A DNA stretch of 64,000 nt from Eledone cirrhosa. Taxonomy: Eukaryota. Of the stretch, positions 12,936-26,366 are shown piece by piece. The notes beneath the pieces were generated by a model. That model saw nothing but the letters and a program-made list of their open reading frames with translations, had not been told where the DNA came from and ran no database searches. Location: contig OZ024740.1 in the NCBI GenBank assembly GCA_964016885.1, positions 292,454,001-292,518,000 of the forward strand, written 5' to 3'. Position 1 is the stretch's first letter. Each line of letters opens with the position of its first letter. Position numbers and translations under genes: made by a program.

Positions 12936-13849
12936 CAAAACAGTGAAACTTTATTTAAAAATACACATTTAAATCTGTGGAGGATCTGCTTTTCTTTGTA
13001 AATGTTCACAATATTCTTATTCAGTGCTAGATCAACATTTGATCAGACGTCCATGATTGAATGGTTAAACGTACTCCACAATTATAAGGTCCTCGGTTCA
13101 ACAAGTAATTCAAATGTGGTCAAAGAATGTTTTGTTTTTGTTCAACAAGTCAATCATGATTAAGCAATCCTATGATCACACTCACCAGCCACACTATTTT
13201 AGGCATTAACCCATGCCAGCATAGAAGATGGACGTTAAACGGTGATGATGATAATAATGATGTCTTTTCTTTCTTTTCAATGGTAAGGTGTGATTTTATT
13301 TTTAATAACATTGGTTACAATTTTCCAATGAGTCACTCACTAGTTCACTGTATTTCTGACAGTGAAAAGGGATTTTCTGTGCAACTTGAGTGGAGAAAAT
13401 ATCACAAAGGACTTCATTTAAAATGACCAGTTTATTGATTTTCTTGCTGATATTTACATCTTTAACCAATATACATCAGGGAAATTATATGCACACCTAT
13501 ATGAAAGGACTTCTGCAGTTTCAATGCCTACCCAAGTCACCTAATAAGATATTGGTCAACATTTTCCCACTTTCTTGCATTAGAATCTCATGATTGTGAA
13601 GTGAAATTAGTAACCACAAATAGGTGCAAATACACATATATATATATATATGGAATGGATTAGCTTCAACAACAGTAGCATCTCTTACTTTATGAAATTC
13701 TCTACAGGCTGTCAAATGTTTTTCATAAGCATCCTGTATACAACACATACACATATGTGTATAATGCTATGTTGGAGCATCAATACCAAATATTTTACAA
13801 AAACTGTTTTATAAAGTTAATTTCAATGTTTTTTCTGTTTCTTCAACAG

Positions 13850-14008
13850 TATATCTGCAACAGTCATACTGGCTCTTGGACCCATGAAAACTTTTTCACT
13901 TATTATGGTTCAGCTCTTTACAGTCTTTCTGATGTAACTTATGATGAAGGGAAATTTGTCAATACAAATAAACGTCCAACATCATTGCCGATAGAATATA
14001 ATTTAAAG
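13850..14008 (+). CDS. Coding exon (YICNSHTGSWTHENFF...IEYNLK)
   Basis: caacag acceptor and AAG|GT donor. 159 nt, phase 0 to 0, with a Y...TGxWxH pattern following LPY. Confidence 0.88.
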
Positions 14009-15360
14009 GTTCTATACTTTTACTTTGTTCATCTCTAATTAGTATCATTTCTTGTTTCAATCAGTAATGTTTCACAATGGTTTTCCAAATTTGAGTGTTT
14101 TAGAGGAAAGCATGTAGTGGTAAGTGGATCAAAGTATTGAGTTTGATACTTCAATGTCCTGATTTCAAATCTAGACAGATTTGATTTTTGTTTCTCTCTG
14201 CTCAATGTTATTAAAACTTTTGTTACAAATATAGATATAGTTAAGAACCTTGATTTAAACCATAATTTCAGGTTTGATGTTACTGCATATTACCTTGCAT
14301 ATGTGCCTTCTAATGTGGCTTTGGATTAACCAAAATCTTTGAGGGGATGTTTGGTAGATGGAAATGGTGTTGAAGACTGTCAGATGGACGATCTTGGGTA
14401 CTGAACTTAATCTGTCAGCTGGTTTAACACCAACACTTATCCTTAGATGCCATTAGCAGAGCCAATTCTGTCGTAAGCATCCATGCAAGATCTCTGGTAT
14501 GAAGCTAACTTTCTACTTTTGTCCCACCAATCTTGGAAGCTATCCATTTCCTCGTCTAATGAATCCATTAAAGCGAATAAAAATATTTGAAAATTTTTAA
14601 GATGGTAGTTTTGGTGGATAAAGTAGAGTAGTGTATGTAGATACATCATAAACTATAGACATGCAGATCAAAGTTAGTTTTACGTTGTATACTTCCAGAA
14701 CCGAAAAACAATGGTTAGTGCATCTGGTAACCTACTATGTTTACCTTCATGTATTTCATATCTTGGGGAGGTCAGCTTTACCAAACTGACATATCTTTTG
14801 GCCAGAAGATTGAGTGTTAGGGACTTCATACCAATCAGTTGAGGAGCTTTTCTTTTTTTTTTTTAGATTAGGATATTTGAGAGTCGCTAGACTAGACAAC
14901 AAAATATGTGATGGAGCTGTCAACTTTTGGTTGAAGCATCTTAATATCTTGACTAGCCAAGTATCTTACTGTCTTTATCAGCATCAATTTGTTCACATAC
15001 ATGCTTCCCCTTGACATATATCACCTACTAATTAAACAATACTCCTATCAATTGGGACCCTGTGACTCTGTGGCAACATGTTCAGATTTGATTTCCTTGC
15101 TGGGACTGTTTCTCTTGTTAACGTCTTTAAATGTCTGTCATTAATTGCATCATTAACTCCATAGAGAATTCATTAATTCTTTATGTTCTTATAATACATA
15201 CATACATTATATGCATGCATTGTTATGTGCATGCATAACTTGTTTTATATGTAATTTATAATTAAATAAAAAATAAGATATTTTATATTTTTAAGTTAAG
15301 AGTGAAATAGCATTGTTTTAAGGAAAAACTTTTAATATCTTGTCGGTCTTTTTATTGTAG

Positions 15361-15414
15361 GATGTGGCTAATGACATGAACATTATTATCAATTCAATAG
15401 AGAAAGATCTTGAG
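15361..15414 (+). CDS. Coding exon (DVANDMNIIINSIEKDLE)
   Basis: ttgtag acceptor and GAG|GTTAGT donor. 54 nt, open, phase 0 to 0. Confidence 0.72.
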
Positions 15415-16454
15415 GTTAGTTCTATCTGTATTCATCTTTGTTTAATGTATTTTCATTTGCTTATACAACCCTTGCTTTTTATGACACCAATCAGAAAATC
15501 TTAATCAAATAACAATCCAATGGCTCCATGTAGTGATGCTTTAGAGAATCAAACATGTATTGGGACTTCTGATTTTATAAGTAAATCAGCTAATAAACTT
15601 GTAAGGTTGAGTTATACATATAAGAATGACACTGAAAAAGAATGTAGAATCAATTGTTGATATATTGGAGCTCATGATTTCTGTGATAGAGTAAGGTGGT
15701 CTTCATGTCTCTCAGAGCTAATACTAAAAAATAAATTTTTCTTGCATATTGATAAGTCAGATATAAAAGGGATTAAACTGTTGACTATTTAATTATTAAA
15801 CAGTGCATCATAAAATTCTTAAAATATAAGGATTGTGCCTATGTTGTTGCTGAATCTTAGTGAGCCAATTATTTGATAAATTTTGTTCTGGTATGATAGA
15901 TCTGATTCAGTAATATGACAATTTCCTGAATTTGTATTGAGCCTCAGTTTTCTTCTACAGAAGCAAAGATATTTGAGTAAATATTGATTTAGGAAACATG
16001 CTACTATTTACTAATATTCGCCATTGGATTAAAACACTGGCACAGGCATACCTGTATGATTAAACTTGCTTTGTGATGGAATGTTTCTTTGTGTGGCTCG
16101 ATTATATGACATCTTGGTCAAGTGGCTACCATAGTTTTGGGTTGACCAAAACCTTGAGTGAAATTGGGTAGATAGAAATTGTGGAAGCCCATCAGATTGT
16201 ATGTACCTGTTCCCAAGTAATGTCTCAGTTTAAAACCACCATCTGGGCATTGGGTACCTTTTAACAGTCTCAACTCTGATGTAAGCATTTGGGCTAGGTC
16301 TCTGGTTTGATAACTTTCTTCCCTCAATCTCATCAGTAACAAAGGCCATGAAAAAAAGTTAAGGACATGGCCTTCTTTCTCTGATAATACCCCCCCCCCC
16401 CAAAAAAAAATTTTGAGTTATAATTGATGGTTATTTTCCCCTGTTATTTTCTAG

Positions 16455-16724
16455 ATGTATGAGGACACAATTCGAGATAACATTGAAGATCACATCCCTG
16501 ACGATAAAATGTCTCTGCTTTGGTTTATGACACCGCGAGAAGCCTTGTCATACATGGTCAAAGGGAACTTTTGTCCAATAACACAAAATAAAGTCCCTGA
16601 TTCAAGTGGCATGGTCTTTATACCTCGCGCTCTCTCTCAGAGGAAACTTAGCATTGATCCAACCTATTTAAAATCTTGCAATTACATTAACAGTGTAATT
16701 GCAGAACCTGAGCCCAGTAAATAG
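16455..16724 (+). CDS. Terminal coding exon (MYEDTIRD...LLWFMTPREAL...PEPSK*)
   Basis: ttttctag acceptor, open to TAG, WFxxPxEA C-terminal motif. Matches the 89-aa ORF in the track. Confidence 0.85.
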   Translation: MYEDTIRDNIEDHIPDDKMSLLWFMTPREALSYMVKGNFCPITQNKVPDSSGMVFIPRALSQRKLSIDPTYLKSCNYINSVIAEPEPSK

Positions 16725-16862
16725 GAAAGTACCAGAAGGGTGAAATCAATTAAAAGTGAATGGCATGAAGATAATTATATAGCTCATCTGCAAATTAACC
16801 ACAGTCTTTTCATAGTTACACACGTTATTTTATTCCCTACATGCTTATATTATTTCATATAA

Positions 16863-17052
16863 AGGCAGCGGATTGGCAGTATCGGTAGAGCATCAGACAC
16901 CATGCTTTTCAGCATAGAGTTTTGGCCTTTTACGTTCTGAGTTCAAATCCCACTGAGGTTAACTTTGCCTTTCATCCTTATGAGATCGATAAAATAAAGT
17001 ACCAGTAACACACTGGGGTAATTGCTGGCCTTGTGCCAAAAGTAGAAACAGT
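16863..17052 (+). mobile_element. tRNA-type SINE in the presumptive 3'UTR
   Basis: TGGCAGTATCGG A-box, GAGTTCAAATCC B-box, conserved core, and AATAAA at 16993. Confidence 0.85.
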
Positions 17053-18483
17053 TATTTCATATATATTTTTATATCATAAATTTTAAGTTTCTCAATTAAA
17101 AATGAAAAAAAATCTGAGTATGTTGTATGTTTTAGATTTAAAAAAAAAACGTGACATGACAATATTTTGTATGTATATCTGACCTTTATTAGAATTTTGA
17201 CTGTCCATTGAAGTGTCCTTATACGTCTCATAATAATATAATTCCAATTGTGTAATTCAAATATCCATTTATGATCAATCATTCATTTATATGCTTTAGT
17301 CATGTTATGTTTGAGTATATTATTCCTTATTTTCTTTTCACTGCATTGTGTAAAGACAACCCTTCCCCTCACATCAACTTACTTCGCTAGAAAGTATGTT
17401 GCTGATGTTGGCCTCGTTGACATCAATACCATAGAAAAAGACTCACTTTCTCGATCTCTCTCTCTTTTGTAATTTAATCAGAAATACAAATATTTACTAG
17501 CTATGGTTTCAATGCTATCTTTTATAAGAGGAAGCTTTTTTTTTATTCTTTTTTAAAAAAGACGTTTAAATTCGGCCATAATTTTCTTGTGTATTCATAA
17601 CTTAATGCCTATTCATACCTGTATGGCTGCAAATATATAAAACCATTCTTCACTATTTGGTATGTTTATTGAACAGAACACAAGGAATTGATATCATAGT
17701 CCAGTTGACCAAAAATCTACTTTAATTGTGTAAACAGCTAATTTGAGGCCTACACTCCTCTTAAGATTCTGAATTAATACATAATCAAAAACAACAATTT
17801 CTTTACAAGAGTTTATGCTAATGCTATATAAATAAAAACAATGCAATGAGGCAGTCTCTATGTAGTTGCTCGATCTGCTAGAAATACCACTGAAATTATA
17901 CACTGCCTGTCTTAAACATGAAAGAACACATCAGATAGTGTGCTCTTAGAAATACAGACAGATGGAATATTCACATTTGAAACACCTCTGTATCATGTGA
18001 TATTGTCAACCAGGATTGACCTAGGGTTAAACAACTACAGACAACATGCATAATTTGGATGAAATTATTTACCTTCACCTGGAAGGTAATTGTTTGCAGA
18101 TAATATGTATACAAAAGAATACTACAGTACTCATGCAGACAAAGCTGCAATATTTTCTGTCCTCTTTGCACCAAATTTCAATGTCAGTGGCTAGGCTTCT
18201 TTTATCATGTTTCCACCACATATCTCTTACATACTCTTAGCTGCCCACTAAACTCCAACATGGCAAGAATTTTGAATAATGTTAAAATCACAAAGCCATT
18301 AGCTTTAATCCATGTCCTTATGATACTGTGTACATCTATATAGTAGTAAAACTCTGTTTGTGTATTGTATTTGTTTGTAAGTTTGAGTATTTGTAGCTCA
18401 AACAAACCATTCTATACAAAAAAATGTTTTGAGTTATATTCTCCTAAACACATATACTCATACATTTTTGCAAGAAATCCTTA

Positions 18484-18486
<3 letters not shown>

Positions 18487-18534
<48 letters not shown>
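18487..18534. repeat. (AT)n microsatellite
   Basis: Directly visible. Confidence 0.97.
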
Positions 18535-18535
<1 letters not shown>

Positions 18536-18537
<2 letters not shown>

Positions 18538-18665
18538 TATTTCTTCTAAGGGGTCTTGGTGTGCTGTCTAAGTAGTGAATTATTTTCCTTTAAGGTTGCT
18601 GTGGGCCAAGGCATCATTGTAGTAGGGGGCAGAAGCTTTTATCTGTGTCATTGTATTAATGTGTA
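18536..18665 (-). mobile_element. Inverted fragment of the adjacent Penelope-like element
   Basis: Reverse complement matches ~20250-20372 (tagacagcacaccaagaccccttagaagaaa). Confidence 0.8.
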
Positions 18666-18959
18666 TCTTTCTAAAAATAGTTTTTTCAAAGAATTCCTGT
18701 TCTTTAAAATCCCTTGGCCAACGACCTCTCCTATTGTAAAACTCACCACCTTCCCTAACTACCAGGAAACATATATACCACTGTATTACAATGACAGTTG
18801 ACTTTCTTGAAGATTTCTTTCAAATTAAAGAGTTCTAGTCCTGTAGAAGCCATTTCTACATTAAATTTGATTTTTACAATCTACTTATGTATTGAGTACC
18901 TTACTGTGATTACCCCCGATTGAACCCGGGAGTCACATATCACTTAGCACCTAACCGTG

Positions 18960-20420
18960 ACTCTTATAAGCATCGCTTAGAAACCATGCTGACCAAACAG
19001 GACATCGACACTTCTATGTAGAATATCCCCATTCCACCAAGGAAACAATACTTAAAAACTCTCATCAGGCGTAGGGATGAGTTCATCAAGCGGATTAGAT
19101 GGAGAGCTTTCTTAGTCGACCTCCAAGATGTATCATCTACCAATGATAAGTCTGGATTCAAGATGAATAAGGCACAACCCACCAACAGCATACTTGAACC
19201 CTTTTAGGAAGACCTCTTTAAAATGATTAGAAACATAAATATCCGTAGAGCCAACACACCATTCCAGGCCTACATAAAAGATGAACTCCAGAAAATGAAA
19301 AGTTTCCCCAACATCTCTGTCCCCTTTGATAAAACTAAAAACCTTTTTATGAGGTGAACATGCAGACGTACCAGAGGCTGGCGAAAAATGCCATCACAAA
19401 CACCTATAAAAAGGTAGATGATAGGGTCCTGATGTAAACCAATTCAGTCAGCAAGGAGATCACCAAGTTGAAGACTGGACAGAACCATTAAGGATGAAGA
19501 CCCCGCACTTCATTAAGGACCAGAAGGCTCACTTCTAAATACAAGAAACCGTCAGTTTGGCTAATTAATCCAACACGATCGGATATTGGATCAATTAGCA
19601 AGATCCTCGACCGAATACTACCATCACTGCATGCTGCTTCTCCACTCCCACTCTGGAGCAGAACTTCAGAGGCAATTTCTTGGTTCCAGGAACTGCCGGA
19701 GAAAAGTAACACCCACTTTCTGCAATTAGATATAGTGGACTAGTTTAATCTCTACTTAAGGATGCATTGGCCTATGCCAGGACGCTTACTAAGGTCACCG
19801 AAGCGGAGTATGACGTGATCCTCCATGCCCGTAAGACCTTATCTCACGAGGGCTCTTACTGGATTAAGAAATCAGACGCCCCATTCGACGTTAGTATGGG
19901 AGGGAGAGACTCCGCAGAAATAAGCGACCCGGTAGGCCTGTACATCCTATACAATATGAAGAAACGTTTTACCGGGTTAACCGGAGGACTGAACCGCGAC
20001 AACAGCCTCTTCATCCTGCACACGGTGAACCCCAAAACCACCGATGGGTTTCAGAAGATCTTATATTGTTTCTTTCGTTATCTAGGCTTTAGAATTAAAA
20101 TTGAATCTAACATAACTTGGGCCAACGTTCTAGATGTTACCTTAGATTTAGAAACTTCCCTCTACTACTCACACAACAAATCTGATAAATCCCTTAGATA
20201 TGTAGACTCCCTCCCCCCAAAGTAGTTCACTTAGAATTTCTGGTCCCTCTGCCAATGAAGACATCTTTAGCACTTCCACCCCTACTACGAGGTCCAGGCC
20301 CGCTGCGGCTTAAAAAAAAAAAAAATCACCTAAGTAGACAGCACACCAAGACCCCTTAGAAGAAACAGGTACAGGCAAATTAGCTGTTACATCCACCCCT
20401 TTCAACAGCAGTGTCAACAT
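18960..20420 (+). mobile_element. Degenerate Penelope-like element RT (Naiad-type), 3'-truncated before GIY-YIG
   Basis: NIPIPP..YLK.LI...FIKRIRWRAF, DKTKNL, LINPTRSDIG, FLQLDIVD, FDVSMGG.DSAEISD.VGLYIL, GGLNRDNSL (decayed YRDD), VLDVTLDL, PPFN. Many stops and frameshifts. Confidence 0.85.
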
Positions 20421-23400
20421 CCACGTATGTATGTGTGTGTGAAAAACCTTTTGCGCAACTGTTACAAACTCTCGCCTTCAGAGAACATGCATATGACATC
20501 AGCTGCCCGCACACATACAAACGTAATAATGAAGGCGTTCATATACAAATAAACATGAAAGCATGCATTGGAGACAGATACACACACAGCCGAAAATAGG
20601 CTCACCAAACAGACATCAGGACTATATTTTTAGCAAAAAGTATTTAATGTCCTTACAGTGGCAACATTCATCAATTTGTACTTGATGTCACTGTGTAAAA
20701 TGGTTGTGCTGGTATAGCAAAAACAATGCATCCAGTGAACACTCCAAAGTGGTTATGTTAGGAAGTTACATCCAGCCATAAAAACCATGCCAAATATGTA
20801 ATGTGAGCAAGATGAGGTCGCTCCGATATGTCGAGTCTCGGACTGTGACAACTTGTCCAACACATGCCAGTATGTATAACTTTTTAATTCCAATTACTTG
20901 CGCCAGCCGACTTTATGTAAAATTAAGTGTATGGTATGAACTTTATTATTTTTTTCTTGTGTATGAGGAGCCTCCCAAACTTGAAATCCCACCGTCCCCA
21001 TGGTCTAAATCCGGCCCTGGTTGGCTTCATAGAAATAACAGCTAAACTCCAAGTTACTGTTCCATCTTAAAGGGGAGAAAATTATTACTTTTTTAATGTT
21101 TTAAACGAAATATTCCTTAAAATATTCTTTTATGAATTACATATTTTACATATACTTGAAATCAGTTTAAATGTTACTAATGTGAGGTTATGTTTGCAAA
21201 TTTTACTTGTAAGAGTGGAAGGATTTCTGACACTATCGATAGTAAATACGTGAATTTTAACAACTATCTTTTATACAAGTGAAAGCGTGTGGCTGAGTCG
21301 TTAGAGAATTGGATTCGCAATCGTGAGGTTGTGAGTTCGATTCCTGGTGATGCGTTATGTCCTTGAGCAAGACATTTTACTTCATGTTGCTCCTTCTATT
21401 TGGAGTTGCAACCAATGGATAGTATTAGGAAAGACCAACAGTATACAGTCTTGATGTTTTTTTCTCTAAATTGTAAGTAGCATAATTGAAACAATGAATA
21501 GAAGAATTTAAACAACTATTATATACAATATCCATATTTCTATAAAATAAACTTGTTTTCCCACGCAAGTGGAATAACAAATAAACACAAGGAGGATGGC
21601 TAGCCAGCTACCTCTCTCCCTGTTAAACCTGAAGCATGGAGGTGGTACAACACTCAGGTCCTACTATACTTCCGAATTACTTGCCAGCATGGCCCTGGTT
21701 CTCGCTCTCTACTTGAAGAAATGGAAACTTGAAGAAATGGAACAACTCTCAGGCCCTCCTCATCTAGTACACTCCAAAATTCATCGTCCAACCCTTGTCA
21801 GGATGAATCTTGACTGATTTCACCTTCCCTGCTGAACCCTTGCACACTCGACACTCCCAAGCTTGACACACCACCCAAACGTTTACTCCAACACCAAGCT
21901 CCCACCACAAGCCACATATAAATGTCCTCTTTGGGTCATTGAGGGTTGTCACACAATTTTAGACACACTCCAGTTGCTTTCATGTTTCCTACATGGTTTG
22001 ACCCTATCGGCAATGTGATATCTGTACCCACACCTAAATTCCTACTAATATCCCCACAGCAAGACTGAGATCTTTAGTGCTGTAATAGGGTAGTGTTAAT
22101 GCCACGACGACAAGCACCCAGTTACCTTGCAATGTGGTAATGTCGGAGTCATGATAGAATGTTCCCAGTACACGCCGTAAAGTAGTTGGTGTAAGGAAGG
22201 GCATCCAGCCATAGAAACCAAGCCAAAACAAGGCCTACTAGCAGCACCTAGTCCCCTGACTGGTCAGGCCGCTGTACTCAATAGTTGTCTAACCCCTGTA
22301 AGTATGGAAAATAGACGTACAATATTGATTGTATTCTGTTTTGCAGTTACCACGCTCAAAGGTTAATAGCTAGTTTGTATATCATACTTAACATATACTA
22401 AAAATAATCTTAGCCTCCTCTCTCATAAAACTTTCGTGAAATTTTGTGCCCAATTCCTCTCCCTCTTTTACTATTTCTTTCCATATCTTGCTCTCCAGCT
22501 GAGACCACCCACTCTCTTTTTTTAACGGTGCTCCAGCTGTGATCAAGCACCCCTCCCCTTTTCTTAGCGGGCCGTTAACTGTACTAACCATCATATTTTT
22601 AACGGCAATCTAATCGTGACCATCTGTCCTGTTTTCTTTTGAGGCTGTGACCATTCTCTGCTTTCCTCAACTATGACTGCTTGGGCTTTTTTAAGTCGAA
22701 CATGACCAACCAGTAGAATTATGATTATTTCAACAAAATGGCCAACATTTCAGTGTATTATTTCCTGGGTAACGCCAGGAAGTTGCCGAGTTCCAATTTA
22801 ACTCTTCAGAACGCTTTACATTCATGATTCTCTTGCTTTTAGGATATCGCTGATATCCAGTGGTGTGTCATATAACAATGATGTCGAACACCCTGGGAGC
22901 AAAGTTCTTACCATTGACATCAGAGAAATTGTTAACTATGTTTGGCATAATAATCTTTTAGCATATCGATAATTTATCTAAATAGGCTTCTTTCCAGATT
23001 GTTCAATTCCAGTACATGCTAGAAAACTTTCTGGCCTCCATATCAATTACTTAAGTGCGCCATAAGACCTAGCTTATTAATGCAGTAAAACACCTAACAG
23101 GTTCACTTAGGGTCGCCATCAGTCGGATGATTTTGAGGTTATGAATTTTGATTGCGTAAAGACTGTGGAGGGCCATGTATAAAGGAATGGTTTAGCTGTC
23201 TCGGATAAGTCAAGGGTGAAATATATGCACTGTTAAAGATATAATAGCTGAAACTCTACCATTTCTATGATGACTTGAAGTGGGGTGTGTGTGTGTGTGT
23301 GGGGGGGGGTATGATTTAGTAACTACAATTAGGTAGTGGTATGATGATCTGATAGCTTGGCAAATAATAGATTATGGGTGTTTGGAGTGCCTGTGTGTAG

Positions 23401-24929
23401 TAGAAGAAGATAAGTGATATAGAGAGTTAATGGTTGTAAAAAGAAGAAAAAAAAAATTTCTGCACAAGGAGCGTCCGTTTGGGCTGAGTGCAAGATTGAT
23501 GTCACCAAAAACAAGGATCCAGAGAGAAGTGAGATGTCCTTGGTGCAAGACAAGAGATGGAGTTGAAAATTTGTTGGTAAGATGAAATTCGGAAAGTGAT
23601 AGAAAAAAAAAAATGTACATTTGTTGAGAGAAGGTGAACTAGAGTAATCAGAAACCCTTCCTGCTAAAATTGTGAGCTGGCTAAGACAATAGTCAGGGTG
23701 GGATGTGTGGGTGCAGAAAATACGGGATTAATTGATAGCTACAACATTTTAGTTACTTTTGACTGGACCTTTATTCTGTCGTCTTTAAAGATTAAGAATC
23801 AAGCTCGAAAGAATCTGAATTCATCAGCCAGGCATCCTGCAGCTTTTATCAATTCCCTGCCCTCATTTTGGTGATAATGAAAATGCCAAAGATGTTGATA
23901 ACCTTAAGTTACGAGACACGTTCAACTCTCAGTTGAACCTATTTCACTTTTATCATTAAGACATGAATATCACGACATTCCATTACCTTTTCCCTAATAA
24001 ATATAGAATATTATTTTGATAATCTCTTTTGGTAAGGCATGAAGAATCTTTTACATGCAAACAAGCCTCTACCCACCCTCCACACACAAAAACAAAAAAA
24101 GTGCTTTTAATAAACCCTTTCCAACAGTTCGCTTGTGTAAAAACTTTCAGGATTGAGGATTGTCTTTATAATTTTTTTTATATCCATGTGGCATTTTAAC
24201 TAATTGACCGCATTTCTGAACTTTTGAAAATCCTATTCTTTAGAGTTGCTTCATTCCCTAACCAAATATGTCAGTTGTTTTGCTAAACGTAGTTTTTCGT
24301 GTTTGAGCGTCTCAACACTTAATACAATAGACATCAAAACCGCTAACCTTACTAAGTCAACATAAAGCAGCAGCAGTAGATGAATATTTCCGCTTTCAGT
24401 ACATTTTCATTCTCTCCAGGCAAACTTGATGACAGTGTTGTTTTTATTCAGATAATCTTTCGTCGTATTTAGTTTATTTCAATGAAGCATCACTTTATGT
24501 ATCTTAGATAATAATATTGGTGGCCTCTTGCCTTCTATAAATGGCTGCTGCCTTGTAGGTTTCATATGTTTGTTTTACTGTATTTATTTATTCACTTAAT
24601 GATTACGTGAGAGGTACGAAATATTTATATCTATGTTCTCATAGATAAACGAATATTTCATTTTTGTTTTTTCTCATTTATTGCCGCTCACACAAACTCC
24701 ACACCATCCGCAATTACCACATAAAAAAAATGTTTCCTATTCTTGCGCAAGTGCTCCATGATTAGAAAATAAGTTTTATTGTGTATCCCCCCGAAGATAT
24801 TAACTTCTCTGTAAGCTGTCACTGACATCATATCTGCAACTGATAGGTTCTTGGCAATACGTGAATGCCATTTTCACCGGGCACAAATTATCCCCCCCCC
24901 CCCCTCCTCCAACTACGTCTCTCATATTG

Positions 24930-25067
24930 GTGGATTGGCAGTATAGAGTTGCTATTCTGAGTTCAAATCCCGCCAAGGTTAACTTTGCCTTTCATCCTTA
25001 CGGGGTCGATAAAATACGAGTAATACATTGGGTAATTGCTGGCCTTGTGCCAAAAGTAGAAACAATT
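24930..25067 (+). mobile_element. tRNA-type SINE, internally deleted
   Basis: B-box plus core plus gctggccttgtgccaaaagtagaaac tail. Confidence 0.8.
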
Positions 25068-25228
25068 ATTTATACACATATAAACATGTTTCCAGCGAAC
25101 GCTCGTGAAGCTTTATTAGTAGAGGGGTGTTTTAACCGATGGTAGGGGTTAATATTGAATACGTATACGATATTGGAAATATATACACTGAACGGTGTAT
25201 ATAACGATATAAAGTCCCGTGCACGTCA

Positions 25229-26079
25229 TCTACTTATATATATAACCAGCAATTTCTCTGTCTGTCTGTCCGACAGTGGAAACACGTGCGTAGAGAGAGA
25301 GTGAGAGTGAAAGAAAGAGACAGACTACGAGAGAGGGATAGCGGGAGGGAGAGAGAGTGAATAGACGCTAAAACACGTGCTACAGAAACATTACCTTCCC
25401 CTCTCCACTGACTTTGGTCACTAAGGCCGAGGGAATCGCGCTGAGCGCGTCATAATGACGTAATGCAGACAGCCAGACATACAGACAGATATTATAAGGG
25501 CGCAACGTTATATCTATGTATCTATCTAAAAAGAAAGACTAAGAATTATATAGAGAGAACGCTAAATCGCCTAATGCGCTCCCTAGGGCATTGAAAATTT
25601 GAAATAATTTTTTCTCAAAACACTCACAGGACCATAAGTATTACATGTCTAAAGTTTGAAAACAATCGGTTGGATGGTTCTCAAGTTTTAGTGAGCTGAC
25701 AGACAGACAGACATTCTCTGTTTTAGATATATAGACTAGCAGAATCCCCCCCCCCGGGTGGTTTTCTGCTAGTCTATATTATAAAACAGAGAATGTCTGT
25801 TTTTTTCTGTCTGTCTGTCTGTCTGTCTGTACAATCACTAAAACTCGAGAACCGCCCAACCGATTGTTTTCAAAAGTTACACATGTAATACTTATGGTCC
25901 TATTGAGTGTTCTGAGCAAAAAAAAATTCAAATTTTCAATGCCCTAGGCGATTTAGCGATCTCTTTCTCTCTCTCTTAGTCTTTCTCTTTTTAGATAGAT
26001 ACATAGATATGACGTCGCGCCTTTATAATATCTATCTGTATGCCTAGCTGTCTGCATTACGTCATTATGACGCGATCAG
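25229..26079. mobile_element. Cluster of non-autonomous Helitron 5' halves; inverted pair 25441-25735 (-) / 25773-26079 (+)
   Basis: TCTATA..AAAACAGAGAATGTC(TGTC)n...AACCGATT 5' ends shared with the 37477-38274 element. Confidence 0.8.
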
Positions 26080-26085
26080 TGTGTG

Positions 26086-26123
<38 letters not shown>

Positions 26124-26302
26124 AACATTTTATTTAAAATTGTTGGGTTACAACGAGTAAATATTTTATAACTGATATAAAAGCACTCAACAGATTTTGG
26201 AGTATTTTACGATATTAAACAAACTATAACAACTTTTTAAATGGAAGTTGTAAAATTTCTCAAGGTATGTCAAATTTATTTATAAAACTGTTTATATATT
26301 CT

Positions 26303-26366
26303 ATTTTGTCTGAAGAGGGCATACCATATTTTTAATATGATATCCCTGAAATATATATAATGAAAT
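26303..26366 (+). ncRNA. Decayed minimal type-I hammerhead ribozyme-like motif
   Basis: CTGAAGA (26310), stem GGGCATA.CATAT/ATATG.TATCCCT, GAAA (26348), TATATATA. Flanks ATTTTGT / ATGAAAT can pair with wobbles. Confidence 0.5.

Noticed and set aside
22700-23720. Possible ancient LINE relics (also ~28700-29700 and ~46050-46900)
   Set aside because: Too degenerate to assign by eye.
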